DNA of 64,000 nt from Azolla caroliniana. Its lineage: Eukaryota > Plantae > Polypodiophyta. Below, piece by piece: positions 1-9,900 of the stretch. The notes below the pieces were generated by a model. The model saw only the letters and a list, made by a program, of their open reading frames with translations. It was not told the DNA's origin and did no database searches. Where the stretch lies: NCBI GenBank assembly GCA_043228905.1, contig JBHGNT010000011.1, forward strand, positions 7,936,001 to 8,000,000. Direction: 5' to 3'. The stretch's first letter is position 1, and the number at the start of each line of letters is the position of its first letter. The position numbers and the translations under genes were made by a program.

Positions 1-365
1 GTCTCATCGTAATCGATGCCATGTTGCTACACATAGCCTTTTGCTACTAACCGGGCCTTGTATGGGTTAACCGAACCATCGGTGTTGTACTTGACCTTGT
101 ACACCCACATGCATCCAATTTCTTTTACACCCTTGGGGGCGTCAACCAGGTCCCAGGTTTCATTCTCCGCAAGTGCGTTCATCTCTTCCTCCATGGCGGT
201 ACGCCAATTCGCGTCCTTTGTCGCTTCTGCGTAGCTCTTCGGTTCATGCACTCCCGCTACGCGTGTCATGTACACATAATGATGCGCCATGTACTCGTTG
301 TATCCGAACCGCACAACAGGGTTCTTCTGGCGGGTAGATCGGCGTAATTGCTCATTAGCCGATGT
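1..365 (-). mobile_element. Ty1/copia INT-RT linker and RT N-terminus fragment (runs off the window start)
   Basis: ORF 27..473 contains EPKSYAEA...[18 protein letters not shown]...[25 protein letters not shown]; closely matches 9150-9500. Homology stops abruptly at ~365. Confidence 0.9.
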
Positions 366-1900
366 TGAGCCTGTTCTGGCTACATGATAAGAGGAAGATG
401 AGATTCTCTTCAGCAACAACACAACCAATGAGGGATGGTGAAAGGAGGACGAGATGCGACTACACACAACCACTTAAAGAAGAAAGCTTGAAGATGGAAG
501 GTTCAACGGTACTCAACATAGAGGCCTTCGTAAAGGAGGCATATGATAGTTTAAAGGTGCAAGTCAAGGCCAAAGAGAAACCTAGAATCAATCCAAAACT
601 GAGACAATTGGTGATCGAGGAAGAGAAGACCTCCTGGCAAATGCAGACTAATGATGCGGCCAATACGAAGGCCCAGGTTCGGTACGACAGTGCCATGACA
701 GAAGGTGTAGAACAAGCCACCTTCTCGACTTATGGAGGAATGACAGTCAAGAGAAAGACCGAAAACTCGAGAGCGGGAAATGTTGCTTTAAGAGTGGACG
801 AGCATTTCGGAACACACGTGTCCGAAATATCGAGTGATGGCGGTGCAAGCATGAGCAAAGCTTGCATGATCAAGGGAGATAAAGAGTGCGATGCTGACGT
901 GATTGAGGCGGTAGCCATGAGGAACGACATCAAGTCGGAGATGGCTATGGACGAGTCTACGACGGATGACCGTGTCGAGACTTTCCCAACACTTGATCTA
1001 GAGACTTGGGCAGTTGCGTCCAAGAGCCAACGTGAGAACCAAGAGACGGAAGGTGTCGGCGAGGAACCGAAGGTCGAAATGAATACATGCGACGAAGAGA
1101 GAAGCATAATCGAAGCTTGCTCGATCAAGAGGGTCAATGGGTAGGAGGCCCATGAGATTGAAGAGATAGCCACGGAAAATGACATCGAGTCAGAACTGGC
1201 TACGGAAGAATTATTGGCAGATGGCCGCGTTGAGGATTCCTTTACACAAGTTTTAGACACGTGGGCAGTTGTAGAGAGTCAACGTGAGACCCAAGAGATG
1301 GAAGATGGTAGTAAGGGGAAGGACCAAGATGGTGTGCATAACATCGAGGTGAAGATAGATATGGACGAGTCGATGGTGAATGATGGTAGTGACAAGACTT
1401 TCCCCACACTGGTTCCAGAGACTTGGGCAATTGCGTCTGAGAACCAACAGAAGACCTAAGAGACAGAAGGTGGCAATAAGGGGAAGTTCCAATCTGATGT
1501 GAAAGATGACATCAAGACAAAGGTGTCGAAGGCAATTGACCAAAGACAAATGGATTCCTTCACACATGTTCTAGAGACTTGGGCAGTTGTGGTTCAAAGC
1601 CAACGTGAGACCCAAGAGACAAAGGATGATGTCGGAGAAGCGAAGGTCCAAGCTGCTGCAAATAATGATGTTGGGGAGCGACCGAAAAATACATATGGAT
1701 CTCTCCACACTCATTTTGGAGACTTGGGCATTAACCGATGTAAGAGCGAAGAGAAGGACAATGACGACGAAGAAGCAAGGGTTGAAGTTGATGTGTGGGA
1801 GGAAGAGGTCAAGCAAAGAATAGAGACAAAAGTTGATGCATACAACAAAGAGTCTGTGCAAAGTATGACAAGAGATGACGATGGACAAGCGAGCCATTAG
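362..1900 (+). pseudogene. Degenerate acidic ORF with repeated LETWA motif in the 3' interior of gypsy element A
   Basis: ORFs 362..1144, 1214..1459 and 1499..1900 share one frame and are separated by single stops; five repeats of D..F..(L/V)LETWA(V/I)..SQRE.QE; lies upstream of PPT and LTR at 2401. Confidence 0.55.
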
Positions 1901-2400
1901 GATACGAAGAATGTGATCAAAACATCTAGCAAAGACGCTAGTGTGAAGCTTTTCAACTCTAACATGAGATTGTATCATGAAACTAGACAAAGTGAGAAAT
2001 ATAGAGCATGGTCGCATAAGGATCTCAAAGTGGGCATGCACTTGAAGATACTACATGGGATAGTCAATGTCATTATTCAGATAAAGGCTTGGGGAGAAAG
2101 ACACAAAACAAAAATGCGCAATAGGTAAAAGTGCATTGAGTAAGGAGATGATCGGGACAAAGGTGGAACATGCATAAAGCCTAAACAGTTATGTTCAGAA
2201 GGAGAACAAGGGGCCATGACAACTAGTCATGGTAAATCAAAGAAAAAGCGAATGATATGGTGGATTGGGTGGCGACAATGATTCGAGTGAAAGAAATGGA
2301 CATGCTCAAAATGGAGGAATCGTACTGATCACCATAGACAAAATCTCACACTCTCTCTTCTTGGCACATACCGGAGGGCGTGCGGTTTGATGGGGGTGGA

Positions 2401-3530
2401 TGTCGTGAACATTTTCGGCAATGGTGTGAAAATTGCGAGGAACATACAAAATCGAGTGTGGTTCTTCACATACCATGTGAAACAATAATAGTAAAGATAC
2501 TATTTTAGATTAGTTTAATATCTTGGTACGAAAAGATGGATGTTTTCAAGAGCTTCCGAATGTACTTTACTACATTTGAAACGGACAACTAAATGTCAAG
2601 TTATGTGAATGTGAAGAAAAGAAAAACAAAACTATGACATATCCCACATAGATAGCACAAATCAAGATTCCACATTATATAAGCATAGCCATAACTTATT
2701 ACTTTCTGTCTATGTGTGCAACATAGAATGTTCTTTGGCTGAATTGTGGCTTAACTGCTCGTAATGGTTTTGGAGGACCGGACATCGATGGAACTGGAAC
2801 AGGGACCGGATGGACAACGATGGAACCAGAACCTAACGGGGACAACGACCGAACTGGGACCGACACAAGAACCGAAACTGAAACCGGACCAAACCGGATA
2901 GACCGGATCGTTGGGTCGGATGCGGACCGGATGGACCGGATAAATGGATCGATCGAATAGGTTGATCGCGAGGATTACGGTGTGAAACGAACAAAATCAT
3001 GTAGACTAAAAAACCTAGTAACCTTGCACCTCCAAGATAAGAGGCAGAAAACTTAAAACTAATCCAAGTCATTTCTCTAGAAATGTTTTTTCTATCATTA
3101 TACCTTCACATGTAAATTGTCATATTAGAGCTTAAATGAGTGAAATGGTTAATCATGCATCACGTGTAATGCATGAGCGCCAAATGGCAAACATGCATCA
3201 CATGCATTGTATGCATGTCTTGTACCCTCATATGTATCATATGCATGGTGGCATCTATAAAAGAGTGGATGAAAAAGATCAAAAGGGGGGCTCAATATGT
3301 GATATCACCATCACCACCATCATCAATATAATACTCTCATTTATCTTTTTCTAATTAAACATCTTCGCTCAAGTGTATCAATTTTCTTAATCTTTTCAAG
3401 TGTGACATTGTCTTCCTCGACTCAAACATCCACATCATTGTCTTTTAAGGTCATCTAAGGATCTCCTCAAGTGTCCGAGACCCCGGTGGCCCTGCTCAAG
3501 TAACACATGCACACGAGCATTTTCGCGACA
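2401..3530 (+). mobile_element. 3' LTR of gypsy element A (tRNA-Trp family)
   Basis: Termini TGTCGTGAA...TTCGCGACA; preceded by PPT-like GATGGGGGTGGA (2389-2400); homologous to LTRs at 3972, 34431 and 40083; TATAAAA at 3256. Confidence 0.88.
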
Positions 3531-3971
3531 ACGTCAGGAGCCATCTTTCTTTTTCACGAACAAAATGGGAGCTCCTGGTGGTGATTTTGAGGGTTGAATA
3601 AAACCCTTTCGAAGGTTCTTGTCGAAATAAGTTCGGAGTGCCTGGAGTTTTGGTTCTGACAACCCATAAATTGGGCCAAAGGGAGGACAAGCACCTTCTT
3701 GCAGATCAATCAGACAGTTGTAGCATTGATGCTCGGGCAAGTGATCAACATTCTTTTTCTCAAACACGTCCATGAAGTCTTCATACTTGGACGGTAGTGA
3801 GTCAATAGTTGTCGTCATTGGATTGCTCGACTCAAAGGCACTATGCACTATTTTCCTTGTTGTGACTGGGATGTGAGCATCTGCCTTGGAGTTAATTCCT
3901 GCTTTAATGGGAAGGTGAGCACTTGCTGCAGCATGAGATATTGCTCGCACCCCATCACTCACAAGGCCAAA
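3531..3971 (-). mobile_element. Chromovirus-type gypsy PR-RT linker and RT start fragment
   Basis: PPFGPIYGLSEPKLQALRTYFDKNLRKGFIQPSKSPPGAPILFVKKKDGS, homologous to element D RT (ORF 30512..31546). Confidence 0.85.
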
Positions 3972-3996
3972 TGCTCGTGAAGATTTTTGGCAATAG

Positions 3997-4230
3997 TGTG
4001 AAAATTGCATGGAATGTACACAATCGAGTGTGGTTCTTCACACACAATATGAAACAATAATAATGAAGATATTATTTTATATCTTGCTACGAAAAGATGG
4101 ATGTCTTCAAGAGTGAAAATTGCATGGAATGTACACAATCGAGTGTGGTTCTTCACACACAATATGAAACAATAATAATGAAGATATTATTTTATATCTT
4201 GCTACGAAAAGATGGATGTCTTCAAGAGCT
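3997..4230 (+). repeat. ~115-bp tandem duplication inside LTR B
   Basis: GTGAAAATTGCATGGAATGTACACAATCG...GGATGTCTTCAAGAG occurs twice in tandem; single copy in LTRs A and E. Confidence 0.85.
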
Positions 4231-5268
4231 TCTGAATGCATTTTATTACATGTGAAATGGACAACTTAGTGTCAAGTTATGTGAGTGTGAAGTTTGAGAA
4301 GAAGAAGAGAAAAACAAAACCGTGAGATATCCCACATAGATAGGACAAATCAGGATCCCACAGTATATAAGCAGAGCCAAAACTTATTACTTTCTATCTA
4401 TGAGTGGAGCACAGAATGTTCTTGGGCTAAACTATGGCTTAATTGCCCGTAATGGTTTTGGGTGACCGAACGACGACAAAACCAGCAACGGAATTGGAGC
4501 CGAAATCGGAACGGCAAACGAAGCCGAACCGGGACTGGCACTAGCACCAAAACTGGACCCCGGATAAATGGATCGATCGGATAGGTTGATCGTGACGATT
4601 TCGGTGTGAAGCGAACAAAATATCTAGACTAAAAAACCTAGTAAAAGTTTGTATACAAAGGGATACAAGCAAGGCTTGAACCTTGCACCTCCAAGATAGG
4701 AGACAATAGACCTACCACTAAGCTAAATCATTTCCTTAGAAATGTTTTTTTCTATCATTATTACTTTTACATGTAAATTCTCATAATAGAGCTTGATTGA
4801 GTGACATGGTTATCATGCATCACATGTAATGCATGGGCGCCAAATTGCAAACATGCATCACATGTAATGCATGGGCGCTAAATTGCAAACATGCATCACA
4901 TGCATTCCATGCATTGTATGCATGCCTTGTACCCTCACATGCGTCATATGCATGGGGGCATCTATAAAAGAGTGGATAAAAAAGATCAAGGGGAGCGATG
5001 TATGAATCAAGATTTTAATAAGAAGAAAATTCATTATCCAATTGATGATATATCTTGTTCTTCAAATCTAATGTCAAGAGTTCAATCTTAATCTCTCTCT
5101 CCATTTTAATCTTTCTCAATCTGTTTCAAAATTGAAATCTTAATCTCAATCTATCTTAAATACTTTCCCACTAAAGCTAGTGCAAACTTCGAATCCTTCT
5201 GGTCCAGGACCCTGGCGGTTTCACCTCACGATCCGCACATAGTGACGGATTTACATGATGTTATTAAG

Positions 5269-5286
5269 TGGTGAACCCGACGTGAA
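5269..5286 (+). promoter_or_regulatory. Primer-binding site complementary to tRNA-Trp 3' end
   Basis: TGGTGAACCCGACGTGAA is the reverse complement of ...TTCACGTCGGGTTCACCA (plant cytosolic tRNA-Trp 3' end, from memory), 8 nt after the LTR. Confidence 0.8.
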
Positions 5287-6961
5287 AGAGGCTGTAGGAA
5301 GGATCAAGTCGACGATCAACCGATACTCGGAGATGGTGTCCTCAAGTAATCAAGCGGGAGAGTTCGAAAGGATGATGCTAATTGTCAAACAAATGATGAG
5401 ATCTTGAGACAACGATTCGAGCGTGGAGAAGGCCGTCGACTGTGTCGTGGAGGGTCAATTTGATGGAAGGAACATTATTAAGTTCCTTGATGCATACAAA
5501 AGGGAGATGAATCAGAGGGACGTGTTTGAAGCACGTCAAATTGAAAGTTTCAAGAAAGTGGTCGCCAACAACGTCCAAAGAGGCGTCGTCGAGCTTCAAG
5601 AAGGGAAGACAACATGGTCCGGGTTCGAGAAAGTGATATTAGCGGAGTTCGCGATGGAAGATTTGTCGAGGATGACTCGACATGCCTTAATGAAGTGGAT
5701 AGAAAAGAAGAATAAGAGGATGAGCGCTTCGAGGGTGTAGGACGAATTTGACTAGATATTTAGTCAAAGAATTGGCGAAGAAGTTTGAGACGATCACACT
5801 AGCGAACATGAATCGTCGGGGCTCGAAAGGAAAAGAACCCTTAAGATGTGTGTGGTGCGATAGCTTGGATCACATGAGAAGGGAGTGCGCGAGCCTTCGA
5901 GAGGCCATCTGACAAAATATCATATAGATGGATGACAACATGATCTGCTCGAGTGAAACTCGAAGACCCCTGCGGGTGAATTTCGGAAGAGGGGGAATGA
6001 AGAAATCTATGGAAGATACTGAGGTGACTCATGTGGATGCGATGCAGTATGCTACATCCACTGGAATTAGAGTTGGAAAAGATAAAAATGAAGTTGCTAG
6101 AACGGGAACAAAGTTTTGGTCTTTTGTTCTCAAGTGTAAGAAGAAGGGCAAAGTTACTTGGGACAATGTAGAGCTTGCGGGCCGAAGTGTACAAAGTATT
6201 ACCGAATGGTCAGATCCGGTAGATGACAACACCATACTCGCGGAAGTGATGTGTGACAACCACGAGGTGTTCGTGGATGAAAAGAGAAAAAGAATGGAAG
6301 GGCAAGATAGCCCATCAAAAAGACATCAAACAAGGAGCACGAAGAAGAAAGAAGATGCAGAAGCAACTCAAGCTTTACGAATGGAGGATGGAGACTCAAG
6401 CCGAAAAGAGGAGTCAAGAAAATGAGTCGAAGAAACGGTACGGCTGTGAAGGTTGGTGTCGAAGACCTCGCTCGGAAGACAAGAAGCCTACCTATAAACT
6501 AAAGTCAGACATAGAACAGACGACAGACTTGACGAAGATTCTCGAGGAACATGTTCTTGATAGCCACGTGACCCTGTCCTTGAAGGAATTGCTCAGCATT
6601 ATGAAGGAGTTCCATGATACTATTGTGGACCTCGTAAAGAGAAAAAGGCAACAGTCGAATGAAGAAGAAGAGAAGCCACTAAAACCAAAACCAAAGGCCA
6701 TAACGATGGCAAGAGACGAAGTCGAGGAAGATATGGTGGACAACCACTATACTCGGCCTCATTGGGCGTAAGCAACGACGGAGATGCCAATAAAGTTGGG
6801 GGAAAGAAAAGAGACAGTTGTAGCATTAATAGACCATGGGTCCGAAATCAACCGTATGTCGACTGAGGTGTACAAGAAGAGAAGATGGCCCATAAATATG
6901 AAACATGGGTGGAAGATCCATCCTGCTATGAAAGCTACCAAAAACTTGTATAGGGCATGTC

Positions 6962-9900
6962 TGTAGAAAGTAGCGTGCGGAAGCAAGTATGAAGACCGAA
7001 CAGAAGGAAGGAAACTCAGGTTCAATGGAGAGCTTAAGCTTACACGGTATACGCAGGAGAGACAGAGAGAGTGAGAGAGAAGACACAAAAAACTATATTC
7101 AACAATAATACTCAATCTTTGTACATAAGACGTGCTCAGTGAGCACTTTTATACAAGTCCTAGAAGGACTGACCGAAGTACTGACAGTACTTCAATGCTC
7201 ATCAAGAGCTCCTACACTAACTCCCAAATATATTCCTCACGGAATATCTTTCCTAACGACCTCCCGGTTTACGCACTCGGCCTAACCGATCGGTCCCAAC
7301 CGATCCGGTCCTCGGCTTCTTCAGCCGATCCGGCCGATGTTGAGCTTGTCTCTCAACACTCCCCCTCAAGCTCAACTCGAGGCTCTTCGAGATCTTCACA
7401 GCGCCGGTTCCTCCTGGCTTCTCGCCTTGCTCGCACTCCTCGACCTGTTCGACTCCGCGCGCTTCGACCCTTCCGGTCGGCTTGTCTGCTCATGCGGCCC
7501 TTATTAGCTCTTCTGTTGTTGCGGTGTTGACGCTTCTCCTGCTGCCTTTTCTTCCGCTTAGGCCTCGGTTGATTCAGCGTATCTGAATCAAACATCTGAA
7601 CCGACTCGGCTACACCCGATCGGTTTTCGCTCTTGTCCCAGTTGGCTATCTCCAACTCGTCTTCGGTCTTCTCGCCCTCGATGGCGTCATCTCCCCTATG
7701 CGTGGTTGGCTTCGGCTCTTTCCTTCGGCTGCTCCCCTTCTGTCCGCTTTCGGACTTTTCCGTGGGTCCGCCCTCAGCTTCTTCAGCCGACTCGGTATCG
7801 CGGCATCCGCTCCTTTCCTGCTGCTTTGCTTGGTCTGTTCTCCCCCTCAAGTTCGGCACGTCAAGGTGAGGCAATCCAAGCGCACCTGAGAATTGCCGCA
7901 ACTTGTCCAGACCAAGAGGCTTTGTGAAGATGTTGGTAGTTTGCCGATCCGTCGGAACATACTGAAGTTCGACTTCACCGGAAAGGACACGCTCACAGAC
8001 GAAATGGTAATGCACCTCAATGTGCTTGGTCCGTGCGTGGAAAACAGGGTTCATCGCGAGCTTGATGCTGCTGAGGTTGTCGCAGTAGATCGTCGTCGGA
8101 TCTGACACCTCCTCTTGCAGGTCCTTAAGTAGCCGCTTCAACCATATGGCTTCGCATGTCGCGACAGCCGCTCCTCGGTACTCAACTTCGGTGCTCGACA
8201 GGGCAACTGTCGGCTGCTTCTTACTGCTCCACGTGATCACGGCACTCCCAAGGGAGAACACATATCCGGACGTGGATCGGCGATCGGCAGCGTTGCCAAC
8301 CCAATCAACATCGGTGTAGCCGACTAACTGCGCGACTGCACCAGTCCGATATAGCAGTCCCCGGTGCTTAGTGCCATTGACATACCGAAGTATGCGTTGC
8401 GCACACTGAAGGTGCTCCTCGGTAGGTCGCGCCATGAACTGACTGATCACTCCGACCGGATAACTAAGGTCGGGTCGGGTGATGGTCAAGTATATGAGGC
8501 TTCCGACAATTAGTCGGAACCTCGTCAGGTCGCATACCTTTCCTGTATCGGGATGAAGCTTGATGGTTCTGTCCAGAGGAGTCGAGACGGACTTACAGTC
8601 AGCCATCCCGAGTTTGAAGAGCATACCCAGCACGTAATGACGTTGGCTGATCAATATGCCTTCGGGGGTACGGATCACTTCGATCCCGAGGAAGTAATGA
8701 AGGTCCCCCAGATCCTTCATGTCGAACGATGCCGCAAGCTGGAGCTTCACGCGGTCGATTTCACCTAGGTCGACGCCAGTGATGACCAAGTCATCAACAT
8801 ATAGTAGAATACTAACCGGTCTGAGTCGACCTTTCCAGATGAACAAGGAAGAGTCCAATTTTGACGTGACGAAGCCCATCCGACGCAGTTGTTGCGTGAT
8901 CTTCGCGTTCCAGGCACGCGGGGCTTGCTTCAGTCCGTAAAGGGACTTCTTCAGTCGGCATATTGCCGAGGAGTTCGTTCCAGAGTGAAATCCGGGGGGT
9001 TGTACCATGTACACCTGTTCCTCAAGGTCACCTTGCAGGAACGCATTCTTTACATCCATTTGATGTAAGTGCCACCCCTTGGCCGCGGCTACTGTGAGCA
9101 AAACACGGACGGTCGTCATTTTCGCGACCGGCGCAAACGTCTCATCGTAGTCGATGCCGTGTTTCTGCGCGTAGCCCTTTGCCACTAGCCGAGCCTTGTA
9201 CCGGTTGACTGAGCCATCGGTGTTGTACTTGACCTTGTACACCCACCTACACCCGATCGGTTTTACCCCTTTTGGTGCATCAACCAGGTCTCAGGTCTCG
9301 TTCTCCGCCAATGCGTGCATCTCTTCCTCCATTGCGGCACGCCAATTCGTGTCTTTAGCCGCTTCTGCATAGCTCTCCGGCTCACGCACTTCCGCTACAC
9401 GGGTCATGTACGCATAATGATGCGCCATGTACTCGTTGTATCCGAACCGCAAAACAGGGTTCTTCTGGCGGGTAGATCGGCGTAATCTCACATTAGCCGA
9501 TGTCGAGGCCTTCTCGGTCGACGCGGTCTTCACCTTTAAAGACCCGTCACCGGTTCCCTCGGAGTCGGACTCGCGTCGGTCTAACTCGTTCCTTTCCGTG
9601 CCGGAATCCGACACCTTTTTCTTCCCTTTCTCTTTGCGCGTAAGCCATCTCCTCGGCTTCCTGCGCGGGGAATGCACGGCGAGTCTCCACTACTCGCCGG
9701 CTCTTCATCAGACCGGTCGTACCGACTCAGTCGTCCAATCAGTCCACTTAACCGGAGTGAAATCGGACTCTCTTCGCGGGTCTCGATTTCGGGCTCATCC
9801 GGAGGCATCTCGGCCTCGCTGACCTCATCGTTAGAGCTCGGATTGGAGTCGAGGTTCGTAGTCGGGGGCAGGTACCAGGACGCGGACTCGTCAAACACAA

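Noticed and set aside
362-1900. env-like gene
   Set aside because: The position fits, but no signal peptide or transmembrane segment is visible; kept only as an unknown ORF.
3968-3980. Left flank of LTR B as a fourth CpG target (ATGC with the terminal TG lost)
   Set aside because: The terminus is mutated and the other end is deleted, so it was not counted as evidence.
7132-7530. Repeated ORF MLSEHFYTSPRRTD... (also at 12373, 17217 and 49158)
   Set aside because: It recurs only because the LTR is repeated; non-ATG start and different read-through tails in each copy.
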